From Bdellovibrionales bacterium (GTDB lineage Bacteria; Bdellovibrionota; Bdellovibrionia; Bdellovibrionales; JAMPXM01): a stretch of DNA of 42,641 bases. The stretch spans positions 1 to 42,641 of the forward strand of contig JAYUEN010000234.1 in the NCBI GenBank assembly GCA_043739185.1, in the 5' to 3' direction. The notes under the pieces are model-generated. The model was not told the origin of the DNA. It was given only the letters and a program-made list of their open reading frames with translations, and did not search any database. A program made the translations under genes and the position numbers. Below are positions 10,403 to 20,990 of this stretch, piece after piece (the stretch's first letter is position 1; every line of letters starts with the position of its first letter).

Positions 10403-11607
10403 CCTCCGGTAACCGTACTGGCCATTTGAAAGATTGGTAGATACATTGCAATCACCACAACGGCAATAATACCGCCAAGAACAACCATCAAGATCGGCTC
10501 AATCACTGAGGTTAAGGCACTCACGGCCACGTCTACTTCGTCTTCATAGAAGTCGGCGATCTTCCCTAACATTTGATCTAAATTACCGGTTTGCTCTCCT
10601 ACCCCAATCATTTGTTGCACCATCTGAGGAATAAACTTTTCTTTTGAAAGGGGGGCTACGATTGTTTTTCCCTCTGAAATCGAATCACGCGCGCGAATGA
10701 TTGCTTTTTCAATTTGCACGTTACCGACAATTCTTGAGGATATGTCGAGAGCTTCAATAATGCCCACGCCGGAAGACAAGAGTGTTGACAGTGTGCGAGT
10801 AAACTTCGCAATTGCTCCTTTTTGAATGAGCGTTCCAAATATAGGAGTTCCCAACAAAAAGCCGTCAATTTGCTCACGCCCTATAGGCGTATTGTAATAT
10901 TCTCTAATGGCAAAAACACCGGCGACGATACCGCCAATGATCATCCACCAAAAGTGAACGAAAAACTCACTTAACTTAACCACAAATTGTGTAATCGCAG
11001 GAAGTTCTTGATGTGCTCCTGCAAAAAGCGCTTGAAACTTCGGAATCACAAAGATCATGATAGCCGCGATCACTGAAAATGCGACAAAAACGATGATTGC
11101 CGGATACATGAGAGCGCCTTTGATTTTGCTTTGAATTTTTACGGCCTTTTCAATGTATTGGGCCAATCTCCCGAGCACTAAATCCAATTGACCTGACTTT
11201 TCGGCAGCTCCCACCATATTGACATAAAATCGATCAAAAACTCCAGGGTGCTCAGCCAAGGCATCGGCAAACTTTCGGCCTTGGGAGAGATGAGTGATCA
11301 CAATCTTGCATGCTTTGGTAATCGGTGTTTCTCGAATTCCCTGTGAAAGTACTTCAAGACTTTGCAAGATCGCGATACCAGAACCCAAAAGGGTTGCAAG
11401 CTGCCTGGTGAAAATTTGAAGATCCTTCGGCTTTGCCTTTCCGACGTTGATGAGTACCTTCATGGCAGTCGGCTTTGGAACTAGCTTGAGCGGAACTACA
11501 CGCTGAGATCTTAATTTATTTCGCGCATCTACTTCGTTGACTGCATCCACTTCGCCTCTCAAGATTTGCGCATTTGTGCCTCTAGCTTCATAAAGATATT
11601 TCGCCAT
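10399..11607 (-). CDS. pilC: Type IV pilus platform protein PilC (GspF family)
   Basis: FTRQLATLLGSG, GEQTGNLDQML, IAMYLPIF. Confidence 0.95.
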   Translation of the reverse strand: MAKYLYEARGTNAQILRGEVDAVNEVDARNKLRSQRVVPLKLVPKPTAMKVLINVGKAKPKDLQIFTRQLATLLGSGIAILQSLEVLSQGIRETPITKACKIVITHLSQGRKFADALAEHPGVFDRFYVNMVGAAEKSGQLDLVLGRLAQYIEKAVKIQSKIKGALMYPAIIVFVAFSVIAAIMIFVIPKFQALFAGAHQELPAITQFVVKLSEFFVHFWWMIIGGIVAGVFAIREYYNTPIGREQIDGFLLGTPIFGTLIQKGAIAKFTRTLSTLLSSGVGIIEALDISSRIVGNVQIEKAIIRARDSISEGKTIVAPLSKEKFIPQMVQQMIGVGEQTGNLDQMLGKIADFYEDEVDVAVSALTSVIEPILMVVLGGIIAVVVIAMYLPIFQMASTVTGG

Positions 11608-12674
11608 TAGATCCCAGCTTTCTTGAGCATTACGTCGAGCTGCTCAGGCTCCGGACTTGCGGAAAATGCAGTCTTAAGATCGATTTTACCTCTGGAAAGT
11701 AAATTAAATAGTGATTGATTCATAGTGACCATTCCGGTTTTGTCTTGTCCCATTTGCATCATACCGTGAATTTGGTGAAGCTTATTTTCTCGAATTAAAT
11801 TTCGAATCCCTGGAGTGAGCAACATGAACTCAACCGCAGCCACCCGGCCGCCTTGCTTGCTTGGAAGTAACATCTGACAAATCACACCTTGCAAAACAAA
11901 ACTCAATAAGACACGAACCCGATCCTGTTGTTCGCTAGGAAAAACATTCACAATACGATTGATGGTTTGAATGGCTGAGTTGGTATGCAGGGTCGCAAAA
12001 ACCAAGTGCCCGGTTTCAGCAATCAGGAGCGCGGACTCAGCACTCTCAAGATCCCGCATCTCACCTAGCAAACAATAATCAGGGTCTTGGCGCAGAACAT
12101 ATTTCAAAGCACTTCTATATTCTTCTGTATCCGAACCTATTTCTCGCTGATTGACGATACACGCCTTGTGCGTATGTACAAACTCGATCGGATCTTCAAG
12201 GGTCAAGATATGACCAAATTGCTCTTCGTTGATTTTATCTATAAGCGCCGCGATCGTAGTAGATTTACCTGAGCCAGTTGGGCCCGTAACCAAAATCAAA
12301 CCGTTGTTCAAATAAGTTAAATCTGCAATTGCCTGCGGCAAACCTAAATCTGCAAATTTGGGAATCGCCACTGGCACCCTTCTAAAAACTCCGCCGAGCG
12401 CACCTTTTTGCATAAAATAATTGGCTCGAAATCGTGCCATATTTTTAATGTCGAAACTAAAATCCAATTCTTTTGCTTCTTCAAAATTGGCTTTTTGACC
12501 ATCTGACAAAACTGAATAACATAACTTACGGGTTGCCTCTTTTGTCAGGACCTCACCTTTGACCCGAACAATGCGTCCGTTGACACGAAGAGCAGGTGTG
12601 GAGCCCGCCGTAATATGAAGATCGCTGGCGCCTTGATCGGTTGCAAATTTTAAGAGCTGGAGTAGGCTTGCCAT
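11607..12674 (-). CDS. pilT: Type IV pilus retraction ATPase PilT
   Basis: ASDLH, Walker A GPTGSGKST, LRQDPD, TLHTNSA, and GIRNLIRE (AIRNLIRE variant). Confidence 0.95.
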   Translation of the reverse strand: MASLLQLLKFATDQGASDLHITAGSTPALRVNGRIVRVKGEVLTKEATRKLCYSVLSDGQKANFEEAKELDFSFDIKNMARFRANYFMQKGALGGVFRRVPVAIPKFADLGLPQAIADLTYLNNGLILVTGPTGSGKSTTIAALIDKINEEQFGHILTLEDPIEFVHTHKACIVNQREIGSDTEEYRSALKYVLRQDPDYCLLGEMRDLESAESALLIAETGHLVFATLHTNSAIQTINRIVNVFPSEQQDRVRVLLSFVLQGVICQMLLPSKQGGRVAAVEFMLLTPGIRNLIRENKLHQIHGMMQMGQDKTGMVTMNQSLFNLLSRGKIDLKTAFSASPEPEQLDVMLKKAGI

Positions 12675-12713
12675 TTTTTATTTCCTTGAGATGCCAATTT
12701 CATTTGTCATTAA

Positions 12714-14429
12714 TTATTCACTGTCTTTGACGGTTACATACAATACTTGCTCAAGAGGAATCAGTCCCTGCTTGAATTTCACAATAGCGGCCTGTCGTAA
12801 AGACTTCATACCGGAACGAATCGCCGCCTCTTTGATGTCAACTGTTGTTCCATTTTTCATAATCACTTGTCTGGTTTCATTATTGATCGTCATCAATTCG
12901 TAAAGTGCCACTCGGCCTTTGATTCCGGTACCATTGCAATTTGTACAACCTTCACCGCGAAAGCCTTTGATCGTATGCACTTCGCTTTCTGGAATTCCAA
13001 CTGAAATGAGAGCCTCTGGAGTGATTCGATCTTCGATTTTACAATTAGGACAAATCTTACCCGCAAGACGTTGAGCCACAACTAAACTGACCGTCGTACA
13101 AATCAAAAATCCTGCTATGCCCATATCAAGTAAACGAGAAATCGTAGCAGGAGCGTCATTGGTATGCAGAGTACTCAACACCAAGTGACCTGTGCTTGCA
13201 GCTTTGAATGCCACCTCGGCGGTTTCGAGATCTCGAATCTCTCCCACGAGAATAATATCAGGATCTTGCCTGAGAAAGGATCTCAAAGCGCTCGCAAAAT
13301 TAAAACCAATATCTGGCATTACCTGCACCTGATTGATTCCGTCGAGATTGAATTCGATAGGATCTTCAGCTGTTGAAATATTCATGGTGGGGTCATTGAG
13401 CGATGCCAGTGCCGAATAAAGTGTGGTGGTTTTTCCGGAGCCGGTGGGCCCAGTGACCAGCACCATTCCTTGCGGTTCGTTGAGTTTAGATTTAAACAAT
13501 TCAAGTTCATTTTTCTCAAAACCAAGCTTTGTCATATCGAGCTTTAAATTGGATTTATCCAAAATACGCATTACAATTTTTTCGCCAAAAATGGTTGGCA
13601 AAACACTGACGCGAAAGTCGACATCTTCACCTTGAATAGTTTTCACTTTGAGGCGTCCGTCTTGAGGTTTGCGGCGCTCTGAAATATCTAATTTACACAT
13701 AATTTTAATACGGCTTGAAAGCGCTGCCGCCACACCTGGAGGCGGCTGACTCTTTTCATATAGATTCCCGTCAATTCGATAACGTACTCGCAGCCGCTTT
13801 TCATAAGGCTCGACATGAATATCGCTGGCTTTTAATTTAATGGCTTCGCCCAACATGAGGTTCACAAATTGAATGATTGGAGCCTGATCGACTTCGCCCG
13901 TACTCTTTAGGGCTTGTGCTGAATTCTTATCATTGAATGCCAAGGCATCATCTGAGTTTTCAAGATCAGTCACCACACTCGCCAGCGAGCCACTCGCAGA
14001 AGTGCCGTAGTTTTTTTCGATCGCTTTGCTAATGGCATTTTCAGTTGCCACAACTACTTCGATTTTGCAGCGAGAAATGACCATGATGTCATCCCGAACA
14101 AATACGTCGCTTGGATCTGCAAATGCCACCACCAAAGTATTTCCCGAACGAGATACCGGAATCACCATATGGCGTTCACAAATATTGCGATTTAAAACTT
14201 TGATTGCATCTGGATCTGGTTCAAATTCTTCAAGGTTAATACTTGGATAACCATATTGCTGAGAAAGGAACTCGGTCATTTGCTGATCTTTAACCAAGCC
14301 GAGCTTTACTAAAGCCGAACCGAGGCGCCCACCATGTTGTTTTTGTTCCTTTTTTGCCTCTTCAAGCTGAACAAGATTGATGAGCTTTTCGCGCACCAAT
14401 AGTTCCGCTAATTGCTTTCGAGCTCCCAT
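12714..14429 (-). CDS. pilB: Type IV pilus extension ATPase PilB
   Basis: MshEN-like N-terminus, ASDIHVEP, GPTGSGKTTT, LRQDPDII, and tetracysteine CPNC...CTNC. Confidence 0.95.
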   Translation of the reverse strand: MGARKQLAELLVREKLINLVQLEEAKKEQKQHGGRLGSALVKLGLVKDQQMTEFLSQQYGYPSINLEEFEPDPDAIKVLNRNICERHMVIPVSRSGNTLVVAFADPSDVFVRDDIMVISRCKIEVVVATENAISKAIEKNYGTSASGSLASVVTDLENSDDALAFNDKNSAQALKSTGEVDQAPIIQFVNLMLGEAIKLKASDIHVEPYEKRLRVRYRIDGNLYEKSQPPPGVAAALSSRIKIMCKLDISERRKPQDGRLKVKTIQGEDVDFRVSVLPTIFGEKIVMRILDKSNLKLDMTKLGFEKNELELFKSKLNEPQGMVLVTGPTGSGKTTTLYSALASLNDPTMNISTAEDPIEFNLDGINQVQVMPDIGFNFASALRSFLRQDPDIILVGEIRDLETAEVAFKAASTGHLVLSTLHTNDAPATISRLLDMGIAGFLICTTVSLVVAQRLAGKICPNCKIEDRITPEALISVGIPESEVHTIKGFRGEGCTNCNGTGIKGRVALYELMTINNETRQVIMKNGTTVDIKEAAIRSGMKSLRQAAIVKFKQGLIPLEQVLYVTVKDSE

Positions 14430-14532
14430 AATGTTTACCTCAGGTTTTAGTTTAGCTTGCGGTGACGAATTTGGTAACTAGTCATTAGTCTGATTTACTA
14501 AGAAGAAGCTAAAAAATTTTCTGAGGCATGAT

Positions 14533-14544
14533 TGAGAATTCTCA
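14533..14544. promoter_or_regulatory. Perfect 12-bp palindrome upstream of pilB, possible operator
   Basis: TGAGAATTCTCA in the 149-nt gap between the aroE-like gene and pilB. Confidence 0.3.
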
Positions 14545-14578
14545 TTGAATATTTGAAGACTTAATAGGAACGATAACT

Positions 14579-15445
14579 CTAAAAAATTTCATTCACATAG
14601 CTCTCCTTGAGTCTTGCCGAATCAAGTTGGCAGTTTAAAACGGAGCGTGCCCAGTGCACGTCAGCACTGGCGATCAAATCGACTCCCATCCAAACATGAA
14701 ATCCAAAATTTTTGGCTTCATCTGCTAGGACTGAAGTCGCGCGCGGAAAGGTCTCAATCCAAAAACCACCCTGAGGCAAAAAATTAAAATATACGATTGC
14801 CATCTTAGTGGTCTCGTCTAGCTCGCCAGACAAAGTATTAATTCCCATGGAATAGATACTCGGAAGTTGGGTGACATAGCCAATTTCAGTCATTTCAAAA
14901 TGCACTGAAAAGAATTTTCGGCTGAGATCCTGAACCAAAGCTCGACTCTTGCTCGCATCTAAATCTGTAATATTGAAATTTGCGAAACCCAATTTGATAA
15001 GCGCCAAAATGACCGTCTTGCTTTGCGGGTTTGCACCCAATATTAAAATGGGAGCCAAAAAATCGACCTGCTTAATTTCGCGATTCAATAAAGTAACAAA
15101 AGCATGCAAGAGTTGATTTCGGGGCCACCAACGTGTCCCATCTTTCACCATTGAATCGAAGGTTTTGATGTGAATCAATTCAGCTGGATATTCGTGCGAA
15201 AACAAATCTAGTTTTTCTTTGAAAAATCCACCCACGCGAATCTGCGAATATTCGTTTTTTATTTTTTTCAAAAAATCCCGAAAACGCTCACAGTTTTCTT
15301 CAACTTCAAAAAATTCAGGCTTACAGAACTCATTTGGCAGCAACGTGGGGACGAATTGATTTTTAAAACCATTTTTATTAAGTTCAGCACTTAAAACTTC
15401 AAAACGCTTATTCTCGGGATCATTTGAAATTTCAGTCCATTTCAT
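14579..15445 (-). CDS. Degenerate shikimate-dehydrogenase (AroE)-like protein
   Basis: AroE-like size and layout (Rossmann-like ILILGAN, FNITDLD, GINTL, terminal GVDLIASA) and the ribF-pilB position. Canonical catalytic motifs are not recognisable. Confidence 0.55.
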   Translation of the reverse strand: MKWTEISNDPENKRFEVLSAELNKNGFKNQFVPTLLPNEFCKPEFFEVEENCERFRDFLKKIKNEYSQIRVGGFFKEKLDLFSHEYPAELIHIKTFDSMVKDGTRWWPRNQLLHAFVTLLNREIKQVDFLAPILILGANPQSKTVILALIKLGFANFNITDLDASKSRALVQDLSRKFFSVHFEMTEIGYVTQLPSIYSMGINTLSGELDETTKMAIVYFNFLPQGGFWIETFPRATSVLADEAKNFGFHVWMGVDLIASADVHWARSVLNCQLDSARLKESYVNEIF

Positions 15446-16382
15446 TTGAGCCTAGTTCACCTAAGATTTTTTTTGCCTCAACGATATCCAACTGAATTTG
15501 CGTCACCAATTCTGGGACGCCCGGAAACTTTCGTTCGTTTCGAAGTTTTGAAACAAATTCAACCCGTAATTCGCGGCCATAAATATCTCGGTCAAACTCT
15601 AACAAATGACATTCAATCGTTTGATGAGAGGACTCTGAAAAAGTTGGATTGACTCCAATGTTCATAACGGCCCTAAACCTTGGCTCCCCTTTAAGGTGCG
15701 CATAACCACAATAAACTCCGGCATTGGGCGTGGTTTCACTTAAGCATAAAATATTCGCAGTCGGAATACCAATTTTGCGTCCGCGCTGAAATCCCTTTTC
15801 AACTATTCCCTCAAGATAAAAGTTTCGCCTCAGCATTTCGCCGGCAAACTTTACGTCCCCCTCGGCAATCAATTGACGAATACGCGAGCTTGAAACTATT
15901 TGATCCTTTAATTTAACCGGAGCAATGAGATCCACCCGAAAGCCCAATTCATCGCCTTTTTGTTTTAAAAACTCAATTGAACCCTTCTTGTGAGCTCCAA
16001 ATGCGAAATCATAGCCCACCACAAGATCTTTAGGTCGCAAGGGCTTGAAGAGTTTCGATACCACAAATTGTTCAGGGGTGAGCTCAGAAAAACTGCGCGA
16101 AAAGGCCTGAACAATCAAGAAATCAACGCCGTATTCACTGAGCATCCGCGACTGATCTTCACGGCTAAAAATGCACTTCAATTTACGCTCAGGCTGTAAA
16201 ACCTGCATGGGATGCGGCCAAAAAGTCATAACTACTGAGGGTGCATTTTCTCTCTTGGCTGCCTCTTTTAAGCGATGAATGAGGGCCTGGTGACCGAGAT
16301 GAAGGCCGTCGAAATTTCCGACGCTAACGACCGAACTTGAAATATTTTTAGGAAAATCGTCAACATCCTTGAGTAGCTTCAT
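15432..16382 (-). CDS. ribF: Bifunctional riboflavin kinase/FAD synthetase
   Basis: GNFDGLHLGH, VSSSRIR, GRKIGIPTAN, GVNPTF, LRNERKF. ATG 16382 preferred over TTG 16391. Confidence 0.97.
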   Translation of the reverse strand: MKLLKDVDDFPKNISSSVVSVGNFDGLHLGHQALIHRLKEAAKRENAPSVVMTFWPHPMQVLQPERKLKCIFSREDQSRMLSEYGVDFLIVQAFSRSFSELTPEQFVVSKLFKPLRPKDLVVGYDFAFGAHKKGSIEFLKQKGDELGFRVDLIAPVKLKDQIVSSSRIRQLIAEGDVKFAGEMLRRNFYLEGIVEKGFQRGRKIGIPTANILCLSETTPNAGVYCGYAHLKGEPRFRAVMNIGVNPTFSESSHQTIECHLLEFDRDIYGRELRVEFVSKLRNERKFPGVPELVTQIQLDIVEAKKILGELGSNEMD

Positions 16383-16445
16383 AGAGAACAAAAATAACAG
16401 ATATTGAGCGAAAAACCAGAACCTCCTTGAGCTTTCTTACAGAGT

Positions 16446-18359
16446 TTGATATTTTGCGTCAAAATGAAGTCATTTGGTTTTTGGCTAGGTAAAATTCTTA
16501 ATTCCGCTGGACTTAGTTCTGAAGGAACTCTCTATAAACGAATTCGCTTTTACTCAATTTTAATTTGGCGAGGCCGAGCTTTTTGGTCGCGAGTTTTTGT
16601 CTGCTGGGTCGTGGGTGCGGCCGTCATTCTCTTTCAAGATTCACCTCATTACGATTTGCGCTTTCAACTCAGAGGAGTGCAGAAGATTTCAGATGAAATC
16701 GTATTGATTCAGATAACAGAGGAAGATTGGTCTTCGCTCATTGAGCGCCATCAAAATGTTTTAAGGCCATTAAAAGAAATATCAAATCTTTCGGATAGTT
16801 TTTTTTGGAACTCAAGAGTTTGGTATCAACTCTTAAGCGAATTGCTAACACTTGAGCCTCGAGCTATCGGAGTTTCTTTTTTCTTTGGTGACTATGTTCA
16901 AATTTCGAGTTTGCCACTGAATCAAAGAGATGTGTTCTTCAATCCAAAAATCATATGGGCGGCAGATCTCGATAGTAGCGAGCGTCTCGTCATGCCGGCA
17001 TTTGCTGCCAACTACAATGCAAATATTGGCATTAAAAACCTAAAATTAGACGATGATGGAGTTTTGAGAAGATACGGATCTCCCTTTTTCGAGATTGATC
17101 ACTTTGCAAGCCAGCTGGTTCGAATCGCCCATCCTAAGCAGCGCTTTAACTTTCAAAGAACCAATCAAATGATCAATTTTCAAGGTCCGGAAAACTCATT
17201 TCAAAGTTTCAATTTGAAGGACATTCTGAGCCACAAAGTAGACCCCAGTTTGCTCAAGAACAAAATCATTATCGTGGGTTCAAGTTCAGGCAGTTTCGAC
17301 CTTATGCAAACTCCGCTAGGTCAAATGAGCCGAGCTGAAATATTGGCAAATATTTGTGATAATATTTTAAGTGACAAACACATTGGCCAATTTCCAAAAA
17401 TATTTTATATTTTGATATTGTTTCTCGTACTTATCTTGAGCCTTTGGATCATACGCGGTTATCCTCAGACCGTAGCACTTCTGGTTTTATTTTGGTTCGG
17501 TACCCTGCTTGCAACTTTGTCGGCCTGGTTTTTTGATGTTCACTACTTTTGGATACCAGTGATTGCACCCCTTCTTCAGATAGCGGTCACTTATATCGTA
17601 TTTTTGAGCTATCAGCTCACGATGGGTGAACAGCTCAATTGGAGATTGCAGGAGGAGCAACGCTACCTTAGCGAAATTGAACTCTTAAAGAGTAATTTCG
17701 TAAGCATGATGAGCCATGATCTCAAAACCCCAATTGCAAAAATTCAAGCAATTACCGATCGCCTCTTGGCTAAAAGTGAGGATCAAGAGCTCAATAAGGA
17801 TTTGAGATCCATGCGCAGATTTAGTGATGAACTACATCGCTATATTCGCAGCATTTTACAAATTTCAAAAGTAGAAGCCAAAGACTTTCGCCTCAACAAA
17901 GAGGTCACCGACATAAATGAAAATATATTGCGGGTCATCTCAAGAATTGCCCCACTTGCGATTGAAAAAAACATTCAAATTGATACCAAACTTGAACCGA
18001 TGTTTTCGTTAGAGGTCGATATCACGCTCATTGAAGAAGTAATTGCAAACTTATTAGAAAATGCGGTTCAATATACTCCAGAAGACGGTCTTATTAAGAT
18101 TAGCTCCCAGGATAACGGCGAAGCCGTGACTATTACAGTTGAAGACAATGGCGTGGGAATCGACACAGTGGAGCAAGAGCAAATTTGGCAAAAATTTACT
18201 CGTGGCAAACAAAGTGAAATGAATGTAAAAGGATCTGGATTGGGTCTCTATTTAGTAAAGTATTTTATTGAACTCCACAAAGGCAAAGTTTTTTTAGAAA
18301 GCCAAGCTGGACAAGGAACAAAGATTGGATTTTCTCTTCCGGTTGAAGAGCAATCTTAA
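16446..18359 (+). CDS. CHASE2-domain sensor histidine kinase
   Basis: CHASE2 hallmarks (YDLRFQLRG, IVLIQI, DDDGVLRR, KNKIIIVG, TPLG), three TM helices, SHDLKTP H-box and HATPase domain. The start may be ATG 16464. Confidence 0.88.
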   Translation: MIFCVKMKSFGFWLGKILNSAGLSSEGTLYKRIRFYSILIWRGRAFWSRVFVCWVVGAAVILFQDSPHYDLRFQLRGVQKISDEIVLIQITEEDWSSLIERHQNVLRPLKEISNLSDSFFWNSRVWYQLLSELLTLEPRAIGVSFFFGDYVQISSLPLNQRDVFFNPKIIWAADLDSSERLVMPAFAANYNANIGIKNLKLDDDGVLRRYGSPFFEIDHFASQLVRIAHPKQRFNFQRTNQMINFQGPENSFQSFNLKDILSHKVDPSLLKNKIIIVGSSSGSFDLMQTPLGQMSRAEILANICDNILSDKHIGQFPKIFYILILFLVLILSLWIIRGYPQTVALLVLFWFGTLLATLSAWFFDVHYFWIPVIAPLLQIAVTYIVFLSYQLTMGEQLNWRLQEEQRYLSEIELLKSNFVSMMSHDLKTPIAKIQAITDRLLAKSEDQELNKDLRSMRRFSDELHRYIRSILQISKVEAKDFRLNKEVTDINENILRVISRIAPLAIEKNIQIDTKLEPMFSLEVDITLIEEVIANLLENAVQYTPEDGLIKISSQDNGEAVTITVEDNGVGIDTVEQEQIWQKFTRGKQSEMNVKGSGLGLYLVKYFIELHKGKVFLESQAGQGTKIGFSLPVEEQS

Positions 18360-18396
18360 TTGAAGTTCGCGCTCAATATTTTAGAAGGAATATAAA

Positions 18397-19827
18397 ATGA
18401 AAAATCATTTAAAAATTCTGATCGTTGATGATGAAAGTGAATTGCGAAAAGCCGTTATCAGTGTTTTACGATCCAGTTTACCTGAGTTTGAATTTGAAAT
18501 TGATGAAGCTTCAAACGGCGCCGAAGCGGTTCAAAAGTTTAAGCTGCAGGTATGGGATATTGTTCTGATGGATGTCCGCATGCCACAAATGACTGGCCTT
18601 GAAGCGCTCAGCCTGATCAAGCAACATGACCCGCGAACTTTTGTAGTTTTGATGACTGCACATAGCAATTTAGTAGATGCCGTGACCGCCATCAAAGAAG
18701 GCGCCTACGATTACCTTGAAAAACCCGTTCAACCTGAAAAATTAATTGAAATTGTGAGACGCTCAGTCGAAGCCAGTGAAATGGTATCGCGACTAGCCAT
18801 TTCGAATCCCATTTTCGACGATGATGTTGAAAGTGAATTTGTCGGCTCTAGTAAAAAAATGCGTGAAGTCTTTGATCTCATCTATAAGCTTTGTCGAGTT
18901 GATACCAATGTTTTAATACGCGGTGAAAACGGCACCGGTAAGGAATTGGTGGCGCGAGCAATTCATTATAATTCACCACGCAAAAAAGGATCCTTTGTGG
19001 CCATCAATTGCGGGGCCATACCTGAAACCTTGATCGAAAGTGAACTCTTCGGACACGAGAAGGGTTCTTTTACGGGAGCGAACGAAAGAAAAATTGGCAA
19101 GTTTCAAGTAGCCAACAACGGAACTTTTTTCTTAGATGAAATTGCCGAATTGAATCCGACCATGCAAGTGAGCCTTTTGCGCGTTTTGCAAGAGAGAAAA
19201 TTCACTCCCGTGGGTTCAAATCGCGAAGTAAAAACCGATGCGCGAATAATTGCGGCCACCAACCGCAATCTTGAAAAAATGATTGAAGACGCTGGCTTTC
19301 GAGAAGATTTATTTTATCGCCTCAATGTGATGCCGATTTTTTTGCCGCCGCTGCGTGATCGTATAGACGATATCCCCGATTTGGCCCAATATTTTATGAA
19401 AAAATTCGGAAAATTGCATGGCAGAAATTTAAATACCATTAGCGCTGATGCCCTTGAAGCCATGCGGGCATACAAATGGCCCGGTAATATTCGTGAACTT
19501 GAGAATGTGGTCGAGCGCGCTTTTATCATTGAAAGTGGCGAGCAAATCACGCTTAAGTCGCTACCAGATAATTTAACTAAAGCAAGCAGCGATAAAAGCG
19601 CGACACTGTCTCGAAATCAAAACCATCAAGTGCTGCCGAGCATAAGCCCTGGCGGAACTCTTGATTTTGAACTCTATAAAGAACAGGCTGAAAAAGAATT
19701 CATTATCAATGCGCTTAAAGCCAATCATGGTCGAATAAATAAAACAGTGGCGCTAGCAAATATTCCCAAGAATACATTGCTCCGAAAAATTCGAAAGTAT
19801 GGCATCAATGTAAAGGACTATGTTTAG
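18397..19827 (+). CDS. Sigma54-dependent response regulator (NtrC family), cognate of the CHASE2 kinase
   Basis: REC domain (DVRMP), GENGTGKE, GSFTGA, WPGNIREL, and a C-terminal HTH. Confidence 0.93.
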   Translation: MKNHLKILIVDDESELRKAVISVLRSSLPEFEFEIDEASNGAEAVQKFKLQVWDIVLMDVRMPQMTGLEALSLIKQHDPRTFVVLMTAHSNLVDAVTAIKEGAYDYLEKPVQPEKLIEIVRRSVEASEMVSRLAISNPIFDDDVESEFVGSSKKMREVFDLIYKLCRVDTNVLIRGENGTGKELVARAIHYNSPRKKGSFVAINCGAIPETLIESELFGHEKGSFTGANERKIGKFQVANNGTFFLDEIAELNPTMQVSLLRVLQERKFTPVGSNREVKTDARIIAATNRNLEKMIEDAGFREDLFYRLNVMPIFLPPLRDRIDDIPDLAQYFMKKFGKLHGRNLNTISADALEAMRAYKWPGNIRELENVVERAFIIESGEQITLKSLPDNLTKASSDKSATLSRNQNHQVLPSISPGGTLDFELYKEQAEKEFIINALKANHGRINKTVALANIPKNTLLRKIRKYGINVKDYV

Positions 19828-20990
19828 CCCTTAGGATCTATAAGCTCGAGAACTTGATTAGGCGAAATTAATTTCATACAGGCATGATGGGACAGTGGGC
19901 ATTTTTTGGCGCCATGTTTGCCGCAGGGCCGACAATACATCGAGCTTTCGATACTTTGTGCAAAGTCATTCCATGGGCGATAGCCTTGCTCTAAAACAGT
20001 AGGACCAAAAATGGATAATACATTTGCGGAGCTCAAAGAAGCCAAATGCATGGCTCCGCTATCGTTGGTGAGCACTTGATCCGAACAAGCTAATATTTCT
20101 GCGGACTCCCAAAGACTGGTTTCGCCGGCAGCATTGTAGACATTTTCTAAACCCTCAAGCAAATCACTACACAATTCTCGCTCGGGTGGTCCCCCGATCA
20201 AAACTACGAAATGCCTCTGAGCCAAGTTTTTACAAACCTCACGAAAGTATTCTCGACGCCAAATCTTAGTTTCCCAAACGGAGCCAGGCGCTAAAACAAA
20301 AATCTTGCGATTTTTCGCCAACTTTAAAATCCCGCCAACTCGTTCACTCGAAAGCGCCAATCTCATTTGATGGCTTTGGCTTCGAAGCTGCGTGAAGCGC
20401 GCGATCTCCATAGATACTGAGCTCGGAATTGGCCTAAACTTTCGAACCAAATTCGTGTGTAGGTTATTTTTCAATCCGGTCAAATCAAGCAATTGCTCGG
20501 ACATTGTGAATTCGATTTCTCGTATGCTATCTTTTTGCCCTCTATAATCACTTAGCAATTTTTTAATATCTGGCTGAGAGTTTTGCAAAAGAGCTAGTGT
20601 GCGAAGTGCTTCAGGTAAATCTAAGGGGCGCTCGATGAGCTCATCAAAAGTAAAGGCTCCCCAAAACTTTTTATATGAGGTCTTTCTTTTCGCTTTAAGC
20701 GAATGACAAATAAACTGAGATCGTACTGACTCGTGTGGACAAATGATCCAATCCCAAATTTGACTTTTAAGTTTCTGCATTACCAATTTGCGACTTTTGG
20801 AATCTTGCTTTTTAATTTCATGAACTGTTTTTACAAGCTTCAATTGCTCTAAAAATTCACCAATGCCAGCCCTACAAAGATAGCTTAGTTCGGCGTTTGG
20901 GTAATACTTATTCAGATTTTTTAAAAGTGGAATACTTAAAAGTGCATCACCAATAAATGCTGTCTGTATAATTAATATCTTTTGAGGCAT
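19824..20990 (-). CDS. Glycosyltransferase family 9 (WaaF-like LPS heptosyltransferase)
   Basis: KILIIQTAFIGDALL, APGSVWETKIW, NDSGAMHLA, IFGPT, and C-terminal CRPCGKHG..CP...CM. Confidence 0.9.
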   Translation of the reverse strand: MPQKILIIQTAFIGDALLSIPLLKNLNKYYPNAELSYLCRAGIGEFLEQLKLVKTVHEIKKQDSKSRKLVMQKLKSQIWDWIICPHESVRSQFICHSLKAKRKTSYKKFWGAFTFDELIERPLDLPEALRTLALLQNSQPDIKKLLSDYRGQKDSIREIEFTMSEQLLDLTGLKNNLHTNLVRKFRPIPSSVSMEIARFTQLRSQSHQMRLALSSERVGGILKLAKNRKIFVLAPGSVWETKIWRREYFREVCKNLAQRHFVVLIGGPPERELCSDLLEGLENVYNAAGETSLWESAEILACSDQVLTNDSGAMHLASLSSANVLSIFGPTVLEQGYRPWNDFAQSIESSMYCRPCGKHGAKKCPLSHHACMKLISPNQVLELIDPKG

